Shown: in pieces, positions 52,670 through 64,000 of the stretch
Position numbering within the stretch: position 1 is the stretch's first letter
How the letters are laid out: each line of letters begins with the position of its first letter
NCBI GenBank assembly: GCA_028534125.1
Contig: CM052816.1
Coordinates: 93,312,001-93,376,000, forward strand
DNA: 64,000 nt
Direction: 5' to 3'
Source of the DNA: Lama glama
Taxonomy: Eukaryota
The notes under the pieces: model-generated
Told to the model about the DNA's origin: nothing
Seen by the model: the letters and a program-made list of their open reading frames with translations, nothing else
Databases searched by the model: none
Position numbers and translations under genes: made by a program

Positions 52670-53510
52670 GAGTGCTCCAATTTTGATGGTTCTGTTAAAG
52701 AGATTTAGACTCCAAGTAATAAGAAATTGAACCACTGGCTTAAAGCTAATCAACCATGCGAAATAACAAGGTCAGAAGGCGAGTGTTCCAGGCCTGGTTA
52801 GCTCAGTAATTCACCAGTTTCAGGATCCGGGTTCTTTCTAACTTTCCAACCTGTCACATTGGCTTGTTCTTTTAGGCTGTCTACCCCTGAGATAAGTACC
52901 CAAATTCTAGCATCAGATAAAATCAACAAATTCAGAAGCAGAAAAGGGAGGAAATTTGCTGGTATATCTCAGGTTTTTGTTTTCTTTTTTATTTATTCAT
53001 TTATTTCTAAATTTTGAAGTATGGTTGATTTACAATGTTAATTTCAAGTGTACTTTGAAAAAAATCTTGGAAAATCTTCCCAAAGCTCTCAGCAGTTTTT
53101 TCCCTCTTGGCTTAGTGTTCAGAATAGAATCATAGGCCCTCAATGAAGCAAATCACTCACTAGAGAGAAAAATGGTTGGCTTGGTTCTCTCATTGGAAGC
53201 CATCCCCTGGCCAGCACTGTCAGTAACACCTGGGGACTTGTTAGCAATGCACATTCATAGGCCCCACCCCAGACCTACTGGGTTAGCAGTTCTGGGGTTG
53301 GGTCCAGCAAACTGAATTAAAAATCCCTCCAGGTGAAGCTGATGAGAGATAAAAATTGAGAATTGCTAACTTAGACTGAGTGCAATTCAGATGCTGGGAT
53401 GGGGAGAAGTACAGCTTTCCCAGAAAGTGCACAGTCACAAAGCACTGAAGAAAATCAGGATTTGGTTTACAGGAAATGGATGGATAACAATTGACAGGTA
53501 AGCAAACCCA
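52670..53510 (-). mobile_element. MLT1J/K-like LTR interrupted by an L1 scrap and MER5A
   Basis: caagtaataagaaa..actggcttaaa...aataacaag..cagaaggc..ttccaggcctggtt. Confidence 0.55.
53183..53370. mobile_element. MER5A (hAT-Charlie)
   Basis: cacctggggacttgttagcaatgcacattcataggccccaccccagacctactg...ccctccaggtga. Confidence 0.85.
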
Positions 53511-54377
53511 CATCAGAGTCCTCAGTGTTTAATGTTCTATGCGACATAGTAGTACTTGCTTACAAGAAGGCTCTTAGAGATTTTCTTGCTTTATTATTCC
53601 TTTCCAGTCTGGTGGTTAGAGACATTTTAAGGGTTGAACCATTATTAATTGTGGTCAGACACCTGATAAAATGACACTTCATTTGTTTGAGGGCTCCATT
53701 TAACTTTTTTAAGCCTTCAGATATGGCCAAATTTTATTAGTTTTGCTTAAAAACGTCTTCTAATAAAGTGCTCATTTTGTAATGGAAACAATTAGCTAAA
53801 GACCTGAATGACTTTTACTTGTTGCTGTATTGATAGTTAACGAAACAGAATTGAGACAATCTCACTGGAGTTTAAAGACAGCTTAATGAAGAATAATTTC
53901 CATGATTATAGTTAGCTACCTGTAATAAGGACAGTTGTATTTCTCCTGGGGGAAATGGCGTTCTTTGTAGATAAAAAAACTATTCAGTCTCTTGAAGTTT
54001 TTATTGGGATGTTTTTGTGTGGCAGGTGGAGTAATGGGAACAGATTTATCACAGCCAGTGACAGGAGCTCTCACTGAGCCTAAGCATTGCTAACTGCATG
54101 CCTTATTTGACTATTTCAATGAATTAGAAGAAATCATTTGCAATCCTGTGATGTTGCCACAGCAACATTCATCACTGTAAAATATTCCAAGGGAACAAAA
54201 GGATTGAGCAGCTAACACATTTCCAGATCCCCAGGTATGTTCCTCCTGACCCAGGCTGTATTAAGTCTGCCATACAGAGGGTACTTTTAAAGCAGAGTAA
54301 AAGAGGAAGGTGAACTTCATCCATTGATTAAATTTTCTCTCCCCTTTCCTCCAAGACCTTTCCCTTCTATGACGTCC

Positions 54378-55056
54378 TATACTGGTTGTCCAGTGTTGCA
54401 TTAACAAAAACCATAATCCTAGGGGCTTCACACACCATACATTTATTATCTCACAGCTTCCAGGGATTAGGAGGCCAGAGGGAGATTATCTGGGTCTTCA
54501 GCTTAGGGTCTCGCAGGCAGCAATCAAGTTGTCAGTGGGAATTCAGTCTTATCTGAGTCTCTGGGTCCTTCTCCAAGCTCCTTCATTGTCGACAGGATTC
54601 ATTTTCTTGCAATTGTAGGACTGAGGCCTCCCACTTCTTGCTGCCTGTGAGTTGGGATTCACTCTCAGCTCCTCAATGCTGCCCACCCTTCCCTCCCACA
54701 TGGCCCTCTCACAAGCCCTCTCTCCAACATGGCAGTTGCTCCTTCAAGGCTGATAAAAGAATCTCTCTTAAGCTTCAAATATCTGACTTCAGGGAGGGCC
54801 CATTCCCTTTTAAGGGCTCACCTTAGTAAGTCTGGCCACCTAGGACTATCTCCCTTCTGATGAACTCACGGTCAACTGATTAGGGGCCTTTATTATACCT
54901 GCAATTTTTTTCACCTTTTCCTATACCACAACCTGATCATGGAAATGATAGCCCATCATTTTCATGGATTCTGCTCAGGCTCAAGGAGAGGAGATTGTAT
55001 AGTGTGTCCACCAGTCCTGGGAGTCTTGCCTGCCTTCTCAGAATTTTGCCTGGCAC
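54378..55056 (-). mobile_element. MLT1E-like MaLR LTR
   Basis: catttattatctcacagcttcc...tcttccaagctc-type motif...ttgtaggactgaggcc...tcagaattttgcctggcac. Confidence 0.85.
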
Positions 55057-56149
55057 CCCTGCCCTTCTTTCCCATCCCATGTCTTTTCAATTCTTGTCTG
55101 CAGTAAATGTGCACATGGCTGTGTGTCTGTACCTCTGTAGTAACAATGATAACAACACACACACACATACATACACAAATTATAGAATTTCTGAACACAT
55201 CAAGAAGAAATGATTCATGATTTTTCTCTGACAATCTCCAATTTATGGAAAAGTTGAGATAACTGCAACTCTGAAGGATGCATGTTTATTCAGACAGGTC
55301 CTTTTAAAAAATAAACTTTTTAATAGCAGATCATAAAGTATCATTTTGTTTAGGGTTTGCAAAGCTGTAGTGACACACACCAGGAGAGCCTTATTGAGTT
55401 CTAGATCTTAGGTAGAACTTGCAACATAAGCAAAGTGTAATTCATTGCTCACAGCTGACATGTGTTCTCAGGGTCCAAGAGAGCAAAGATCTTAGGACTT
55501 TTTCCAGACCCTGGTGTTTCCATTCTGGATCAAGCTCTAATGGAGGAGTCAGCTGGTCTATAAATCAAGGGAGTAATAATAGATGTTGGTTAACGTCTGT
55601 TGAGCACCAGTGAAACTGACTGCCCCATTTCAATATTGTGTGTCCTTAAAGCAAAGTCAAAATCCATTTTTGGAATAATGCTGCTCATCAAGATCTATAA
55701 GTAGAAGTAAAACCACTTGGCAATTCCCTTCTTTGTGTTAGTAAAATAATTGCTGTGATAAAGACAGCAGATAGACCTTGAATTTCCAAAAGCTACATGC
55801 AGAAACTGCTGACAATTTGTCTACGAAAAAAATTTTTGAATTCAGCTTGCTGTCTAAAAGAAGAAACCTTTTATGACAGGTTATACATGTGCTTTTCTGA
55901 GTTAATAACTTATCAACAAACTTGTCCTCTGGATGATGAAACTAACAAGTAAAAATAGCATAAAGTGTCTTAGGTTGTTGTTCCGAGAGCTCCTCTGGGG
56001 GCTCGTGGTTTGGGTTATTACATAACCCAATATAGACGCTGTGCTAGTTCTGTGATATAATACTTTAAAACAAGTCCTGAAATGCCATGGGTATGCAAAT
56101 TATTCCTGTTTTTTTTTCACTGATTTTTTTTTAAAACTAATTCTCAAAG

Positions 56150-56540
56150 TGAGAATGGCTAACTTCCAGTACCCCTGAACGTGACCTTATATGGAAATGG
56201 GGTCTTTGCAGATAATCAAGTTAAGATGAAGTCATTAGAGTGGGTCCTACTTCACTCTGACTGTGTCCGTATAAAAAGGGGGGATTTGGACAAAGAGACA
56301 GACACACATAGACAGAAGGTGATGTGAAGATGGGACGGATGCCTTCTATAAGCCAAGGACATATTAAGCTACCAGTAGTTTGGGGGAAAGGCTTGATAGC
56401 TTTTCCCCACAGCTATCAGGAGGAACCAATTCTGCCAGCATGTTGATCTCAGAGTTCTAACCTCCAGAACTATGAGACAAATTTCTGTTCTTAAAACTAA
56501 CCACGATATCTTGTTATGGCAGCTCCAAGAAACTAGTATG
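56150..56540 (+). mobile_element. MLT1B-like MaLR LTR
   Basis: gtgaccttatatggaaatggggtctttgcagataatcaagttaagatgaagtcattagagtgggtcct...ttgttatggcagc. Confidence 0.88.
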
Positions 56541-58319
56541 TGTGGGTTCTTTAATTTTTTAATTCGTTGTATCTGACTGATTCCCCGTAATTATTGCAGC
56601 AATCTTGTACAATGCAATCACTTAATATTTGATTTTAATACTGTTTTCTTTTGCAAATTTTTAGTGGTTTTCATTCAATTTCCCAAGTTTTAAATGTATT
56701 TTTATATGATGCAGAAAGTTCCTAAGTTTCTACTCCCCATAGTTCACTTTCTGTTGCTTTTAAGATACTATCTACCATACTTTGAGATTTTTTGCACAGA
56801 GAAGAATTTTCTCCTTCTCTGGGCATTTATTATTGTTAGGAACACCATTTCCTTTTGTTTACCAGTGTAGAAAATGAAAACAAGCAGAACTGTTCTGGAA
56901 AGTTTTCTTTCATACACAATTATTTTGAAGATGTCTGGAGAGAGAATATGAACATGTATTTTTCAGGTGAATCCGCAGGGGACAAAGGCCTGAGAAGTTG
57001 ACCTCACCCAGCATGATGCCAGGCCTGAGGACATAACATTTCTATTGCAGGGGTTTTCAAAAGAAGGAAAACCCTCAACCACACAGCGAGAGTTCTATAA
57101 TACCAGTTCTGCTGGTGGCACACAGAATGGCTCTGAAAAGTAAATTTCTTACTCTTAGAATAATTGTAAACCATCTGTTAAGGCTATCTTTGGAGAGCAC
57201 CTAATTGCAACTTGAAGGTGTAGATCTATAAAAAGTTGCATATGCTCCATCTTTACAAACATGGACAACTATGCTAGTGAGGAAGAATTCCAACAGGCTA
57301 GCAGTAATGACACTGGAGTGGGAAATTTTAATTTTCTTCTTTCTATTCTCTGTTTTATTTATACTATAGTCAGGTTGAAAATAGTACATAATTAAAATAC
57401 TTCATAAGGATCAGCACTTGGTGTAATTTACATAATGTCTTCCCTTTTTAGCTTAACTGACCAGACGTGCTTGGGACTTAGTCAATCACATTTTCCAGAC
57501 CAGTCAGACCTGTGGGGATGACCCGTCTTTGCGCGGGACAGTGACTTCCAGGCTGGTGTAAACTGAGGAAGGTTCTGGGGCTGTGCCTGTTTTTACTGCT
57601 GTTCTATGGGCTGCCATTGTCTGAGTTCAAAATGGATTGACTAAAAGCAACGTTAAAAATGAATTCTGTGTACTATAATGGTTATGTGTTGCAAGATGAA
57701 TTTTTGATTAGCATAAACTTAAAATTTAGAAGGACTCTTCTTGGGCATACTATTTCTCAAAATAGCTTAAGGATTTATATTTTAACACTTTTCTCACAAA
57801 ATTAGTTGTCTTGATTGAAGCTACTGAGGCAGATGGATGTAGTTATAGCAATCAAGGCCAAGGAAAAGGAAACAAACTTTAGACAGTGGTTGTGTTGTGA
57901 AATTTTATTTCTTGTGTGCTTTTGCATGTGTGTGTGTTCGTGTCAAGACCCAGGCAGAAATATCTGAGAGCCACAATAATGAGAGGGGAACTAATAAGAG
58001 AGTCAGTAAGTATGAGCATTCTATTGCTTCTTTTCTCAAACTTTCCACTCTTGCTTTCATTTCAAACCTATGGCAGTTGAAAATACCACTGCAGGAAAAG
58101 GCAGGCTTCATGCTTGTGTTGTTCGTGTATGTGTGTGTGCAGTTTGAGTGGGTGATGATCTGCTATAAAATTAATATTTTCCCCTAACGCCCAAAAAAGC
58201 AAGAGATCACAGTAATTAAACACTATTTTTTACATAATTAATTGTAATTATTTTTGAGGGATTACTATTAAACTAAGTGGGAGAAAGAGTGGTGAAAACT
58301 TAAGGAGACAAGGTAGCAT

Positions 58320-58470
58320 TGTATCTATTCTTTACTGAGCAACTACAGTAGGCCAGGAACTGGGCTGCCTGCATATATATATATATTCACCTTATTAAGT
58401 CTCACAAAAACACTTCAAGGTGGATTTTATTGTCTCTACATTACCAGTAAGAAAATGGAGACTAGGCAAT
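58320..58470 (-). mobile_element. MIR SINE
   Basis: tttactgagcaactac..aggccaggaactgggct...agtaagaaaatggagact. Confidence 0.7.
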
Positions 58471-58489
58471 TTTGTTCATTTAAAAAAAA

Positions 58490-58955
58490 TCTATCAGTTA
58501 GGGTAATGCCAAATGCTGTAACAAATAACGCCTAAGATTTCAGGGACAAAGTTGATTTCTCATTGTGTAACAAATCAGTGTAGGTGCTCCTGGTCAGTTT
58601 GTCTACTTGCAGTGATTCAGAGACCCAGATTTATTTCATTTGTGGACCAAGCATTCCCTACAGTCTCGGAGTCCTGTGAATTCATCTGGCATAGAGTGAA
58701 AGAAAGGACTGAGAAGACAAAAACATTTCTTAAATAATTTGCCCAAGAGTGACACACAGCACTTGGGTTCATATTCCTTAGATGGAACTTCTCTATGGAA
58801 TATGATACATGATCATGGCTGCGTGGGTGCAAGGTGCGGGTGGGGTGCAGTTGGGAAATACAGTTCCTAATGGGTAGGCACATTGCAATGGCTACTTCAC
58901 AGTATAAGAGAGGGAGCTCAAATGCTGATAGACAGAAAATTGTCTCTGCCTCACT
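58490..58955 (-). mobile_element. MLT1J/K-like MaLR LTR
   Basis: tatcagttagggtaatgc...gctgtaacaaataac...cagtgattcagagacccag. Confidence 0.65.
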
Positions 58956-59959
58956 GTTCATTAGTATGGCATCACCCACACACTGAGTGTACATCTGTGG
59001 TTTTCATATCACTATAATTTTATTTTAAAATTGTTACATGAAATTCCTATTAGAGAAAAGGGTCAGATATTGACATGGTGATTCTACATTGGGATAACAG
59101 AATATTTTTAATTATCTTATACTTTAACATTAATGTTGAGGTGAAAGATAAATGGTGAGCCAAATACTATTTCACAGGAGGAAGTAGGCACAATAAGGGG
59201 GTATGCTTGCCTAGAATAACTGACTGATTTTTACTGGATGGTTATATTATTTTTTCTAGGGTTTCTCACAGTGTTGGGAAAATTTACCTTCATAAGGAGG
59301 AGTTTTAAGGACTACCAGAAATACATACCAAAATTTTCTTTTGAAGACAGCAAGGTGGGCATTAATGTCTACCTCTAGAGAGGATGGGCATTTAGGTTTA
59401 CCCAGTTTGCAGTTTAAGATGATGCAAGGGGCAGGCTGGTACAGTGCCCATGTTAGCCATTCCTCCCACATGGGTTGTCTTAAATTTTGTGAAATCTGAG
59501 TGTTTGGATTGAAGGTCATTTTCAGTGTTTTTGTTTTGTTCAAATTTTAACTAAAATCCAAAGGCATAGTAATCACATTCTGATCTTGATGCAAATATGG
59601 CCGGGGATTGGGAATTCGGTTGTACGTTTCATGTGTCCTAAGTTTTGTCTTGGACCACTTTTACTCAAAGATACTTATTATTAAATGATGGGTGGTTTCT
59701 GAGTTTAGTCTACCAACTCCCCTCCTTTACTCCAAAAGAACAAAAATAGACTTATAACATGGCTGAAATATAGTACCATCCAACTGGGTTGATTCGAGTA
59801 GAGTAGCTCGAGAAGCATGTTTATCTACCATCATGTCTCTTGGTGAGCCCATTTCAAAATAAGGCTTTGATTTACCAGCTTTCCATATATCAGATTACAT
59901 AACAGCCAGTCAATAAAAGGTAGACAAAATACTTTAGGAAACCTTTTAGTATGAGAAAG

Positions 59960-60100
59960 GAATTCATAGATTTTCAGGGTTCAGCTGTTTCATTTTACAA
60001 ATGAGAAAACTGAGGCAGGGAGGTTAATGGCAATGACCATCGTCACATAATAAATGGAAGCAGGCTAGGGTCTGTATCTTAGCATAAATCTAATTCACTT
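59960..60100 (-). mobile_element. MIR fragment
   Basis: cattttacaaatgagaaaactgaggcagggaggttaa. Confidence 0.75.
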
Positions 60101-60592
60101 TCTATTGGTTTCATGCCATGGAAGGGTTCTGGAAATACAGAACTGGCAGAATGAAAGTCACAAAGTAATTAGTTGTCATTGGATCCAGGGTCATTCTGTG
60201 AAGTTCAAATACAGCTGAGGCAATATTGACATACAAATCTTATTTCTACAAATATTTATTGAATGCTCCCCTTTTTTTTCTTTTGGGTAATATTTGTTTG
60301 TAATCCCCCTATTATGTGCTAGGAACTGTCTCATCTGTTTTCACATAGTGACTGACTTATTTTGATGTTAGTTGTTTAAAAACCAGTTTAACTGTGTACT
60401 GTTTTCAGTTCATGTGACTCACTTAATCAGTCAAAGTGATCAAGCAGATTGTGTGGGTTTAAGACCCAGCCAGCCTTCTGGGGACTTCCAAAAAGTATAT
60501 GTTTGCTGTACTGTTGATAAGTATAGAACTCTGTCATTCTTTGGCACTCATTTTCATAACTGTAGCAATAACAAATTAATAGGGAAATAATA

Positions 60593-61158
60593 GTGGTGAA
60601 CAATATGTTGGTTTTGAAACATGGCAAAAAATTGACATTCATCCCATTGAGATATGGGTGTTTGCCCCCTCCTCTTGAACTTAGTGGTTTTATGACTACT
60701 TTGACCAGTGAAGTATAAAGGAAGTAATGCTATATTACTTTGGAAGTTAGGTTGTAAAAGGTTATATAGCTTTTGCCACGTTTGCTAGAACGCTGTCTCT
60801 GAGTCCTGTGCTGCCATGGAAACCAGCTACTCTGAGGCTGCCACACTATGAAAAAAGCCTAACCCACGTGGACAGACCATGTGCAGACAGTCCAGCCGTC
60901 TCTAGCCTTCATGTCATTCCAGCCTAGGCACAAGGCTAGTAAGCGTAGAAGCTTCCAGATGAGTCCATCCCCTAACTGGCTGAGTCACTCAGTGTTGTTT
61001 GGGTCTTCCCAGGCATAACGGAGCAGAGATAAACCATTGCCACCAAACGCTGTCTGAATTTTCGACTCACAGAATGCATAGGCATAATGAAGGTGTTAAC
61101 TTCTTAAATGGCTAAGTTTTGGGGTGGCACTTCACATAGCAATGGATAACCAGAACAG
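60593..61158 (+). mobile_element. MLT1G/H-like MaLR LTR
   Basis: cccattgagatatggg..ccctcctcttgaac...gctaagttttggggtgg..atagcaatggataaccagaaca. Confidence 0.8.
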
Positions 61159-62607
61159 ACTAGAAACTGAAGAACTGGCAGTCAGTTGATTGGGATAGGT
61201 TTTATACCTGGAGAAAAAAAAAAAAGAAGAATTCATCCTAGTCAATTTAGAGATGTCTAATAATAGCGCTCTTTCTCAGTCCAAAAAAGTTAAATTTTTA
61301 GGCTTATATTAGCAGACAGCATGTTAATCAGAAAAACAAATAGATTGCAAACAAATGTCAGCGCAGAAAAGCTGACTTTCCATGGCAACTAAGACAAAGT
61401 CTTATTTTTAAAGTTCACAGTGAAAGCAAAACAACCTTGCAGCCAATCCTCATAATCTTGAATTGATTTATACACTTTTTTTGCTTTTAATCAGTCTTTC
61501 TCTTTTTCTATAAATACATCCTTTCTGAATTTAATGTTTGTGTATCCTGACTTGATTTTTTTACCCAGAGAATGAGTAATAATAGCAAAGATTCTGTAAA
61601 GTATTTTATATGTAGAAGCATTTTATTGATGATTGATTCTGTTGATTAAAAATGTAGATGGATGTATTTCCTATAATAATGTTTCAATGTTTTCTTAGTG
61701 GCCTTATACTTAATTACCATTAAAGAAAAAACTCTTCAATTCAATTCAGCTACAAAACTATCTTTAAACACCTAAAATGTGTTGGCTATAGACTAAGTCC
61801 TGAAATAATAAATTAATAAAATATTTTTGACATTGAAGCTAAACATGAGCTAATTAAAATGTAAAATTAAATAACTATGATTTCTTCTGACACATGTAAT
61901 TTAAGAAGGAGATATAAGAATTTTAATGGCACATGGATAAAATGATCCTTAATATACTGGTTGATCCTTGAATCTAGACTTGAAAATAAAGTTACACCTT
62001 CAGGTGTATTGTCTGTCTAAATTTGTTAATGATACTCATAGTTTAAAAAGCACTTATTTTTAGTGTTCTCTTTGTTAAATGTTTGTACTTAGTGGGAAGT
62101 AATGGATTCTCTTTATACAATACACAGGCATTCCCCATAATAGGACACTTTTTATGACTCCAAAAATATTTACTCTCCTAAAAAAATTAAGATTAGATGA
62201 ATTTATAAACATTTGACTATTTTAAATATTACACTCCTAAATATTCATTCTTGCATGCTTATAGCTAAATGTTCTCAGCTTCTGTAATCCCTGTATGGAA
62301 AATATTTAGGTGAGAAGGAAAAATTTGGTTGACAGAAGAGTGATGTTTGCTTTAGAAATGAAATTATTATTTGAGCTCTCATGTCCACGAAGCTCTTCTG
62401 CCCTCTGATGTTTTCTCGTTTTTATTTATGGGATCATCATAGCACTCAGCTACAAATCTTGTACTGCAAAACCATTTCTAGGATGAAGATTACTTTTTGA
62501 GATTCAGAAATGAAATGCGAAAAGTCAAAAGGGAAAAAGAGTTGTACTCTGGTGTACATATACATGTACGTGGATCAAACTTGTTTTTCTCTTGGAATCC
62601 TATTTGA

Positions 62608-63078
62608 TGTTGGGATAGGCAGAATTCTAGGATGGCCCTTCAAATTCCCCCTCTGCTATGTACACACCCTTTCTCAATCCCCCCAGGATTATGAATCTGA
62701 TGTATTTCTCTCCTTTGATTAGGTTGTTATGTGGCACAATCAAAGATTATCTGATTGGGTTGGACTAGGTGTCACATATTAAGGAATGTGGCAGCCTCTG
62801 TGAACTGTGAGTGACGCCAGCTAAGAGCCAGCAAGGAAGTGGGAACCTCAGTCCTTCAATCTGTAGTCCTTGACTTCTGCCAACAAGAATGGGCTTGGAA
62901 GCAGATTTTCCCCTAGAGCCCCCAGGTGAGAACTCAGCCCACCAGTTTCAGCTTTGAGCAGGGAACCCAGTCACACCACTCCGGATTTTCCTGCAGAAAT
63001 GTGAGCTAATGAACAGGTATTGCTTCATACGGCTGAGTTTATGGTAGTTTGTTATGTGACGCTAGAAGGCTAAAACAG
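62608..63078 (+). mobile_element. MLT1E-like MaLR LTR (internally deleted)
   Basis: aggcagaattctaggatggccc...agccagcaaggaagtgggaacctcagtcct...ggtagtttgttatg. Confidence 0.8.
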
Positions 63079-63134
63079 ACATATTTATCAAAGGTAACTT
63101 TTTTCCTTCAGCACCCAGCTCTGAAGTCCATCTG

Positions 63135-63634
63135 NNNNNNNNNNNNNNNNNNNNNNNNNNNNNNNNNNNNNNNNNNNNNNNNNNNNNNNNNNNNNNNNNN
63201 NNNNNNNNNNNNNNNNNNNNNNNNNNNNNNNNNNNNNNNNNNNNNNNNNNNNNNNNNNNNNNNNNNNNNNNNNNNNNNNNNNNNNNNNNNNNNNNNNNNN
63301 NNNNNNNNNNNNNNNNNNNNNNNNNNNNNNNNNNNNNNNNNNNNNNNNNNNNNNNNNNNNNNNNNNNNNNNNNNNNNNNNNNNNNNNNNNNNNNNNNNNN
63401 NNNNNNNNNNNNNNNNNNNNNNNNNNNNNNNNNNNNNNNNNNNNNNNNNNNNNNNNNNNNNNNNNNNNNNNNNNNNNNNNNNNNNNNNNNNNNNNNNNNN
63501 NNNNNNNNNNNNNNNNNNNNNNNNNNNNNNNNNNNNNNNNNNNNNNNNNNNNNNNNNNNNNNNNNNNNNNNNNNNNNNNNNNNNNNNNNNNNNNNNNNNN
63601 NNNNNNNNNNNNNNNNNNNNNNNNNNNNNNNNNN
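63135..63634. other. Assembly gap (500 N)
   Basis: Run of N; the round length suggests a placeholder size. Confidence 1.
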
Positions 63635-64000
63635 GTCAGTCTTGTCTGACACCATTTCCACCTTGCTCACTCCACTCCAGCCACACTGGACTTTCTGCAG
63701 ATGATCAGAGCTCTCTCTTGCTTCAGGGTCATGGCAAATGCTCCGTCTTTGCTCAGCTAACACCTATGCATCCTACTGGGCTCAGTTTAAATGTCATTTC
63801 CTCAAAGAAGCCTCCTGTGACCTACTCCCTCACTACCAGCTAAGACTGGTTCACCTCTTCCAGTTGCTCTGCAAGTCCTTCACTGTCCTTTCTAGCATGG
63901 AAGACAAATTCAAGTAGGTATTGTTTATACTAATATTTGTTTGATTTCTGGGTTACCCACTTGACTGGACCCTTCATGACAGCATGAAGTACATCTATAT
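63635..64000 (+). mobile_element. LINE-2 fragment
   Basis: cttgctcactccactccagccacactgg...ctcagtttaaatgtcatttcctcaaagaagcct. Confidence 0.8.

Noticed and set aside
63049..63843. Longest ORFs in the track (264 and 233 aa)
   Set aside because: Artefacts of the 500-N gap; the flanks are MLT and L2 sequence.
1..64000. Prokaryotic-type systems (CRISPR arrays, operons), tRNA or rRNA genes
   Set aside because: Mammalian repeat landscape with no spaced direct-repeat arrays; the only tRNA-like sequence is the SINE head.

Overview
Mammalian genomic DNA, very probably camelid (a Vic-1-type tRNA-derived SINE at 43199-43334 and camelid-style L1 3' ends). The window is repeat-rich intronic/intergenic sequence and I cannot find an intact, nameable protein-coding gene. 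Nearly all ORFs in the track are chance ORFs or repeat remnants. The best-supported highlights are: (1) a TSD-flanked retrocopy that starts at the 5' end of snoRNA SNORA70, keeps the downstream intron piece and 3' splice site, and continues into spliced RPL10 terminal exons and a poly(A) tail, i.e. a fossil of a snoRNA-ended polyadenylated RNA; (2) a fossil Mutator/MULE transposon with FLYWCH and DDE motifs, repeat-structured TIRs and a nested MER2; (3) two independent retroposed fragments of the same 3'UTR (PTGES3 by my recall), one apparently chimeric; (4) several strong orphan splice-site pairs that suggest an unannotated or decayed spliced transcript, one with a speculative degenerate B-box. 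A 500-N assembly gap lies at 63135-63634. Repeat family names come from my recall of consensus sequences, not from a search, and most repeat boundaries are approximate.
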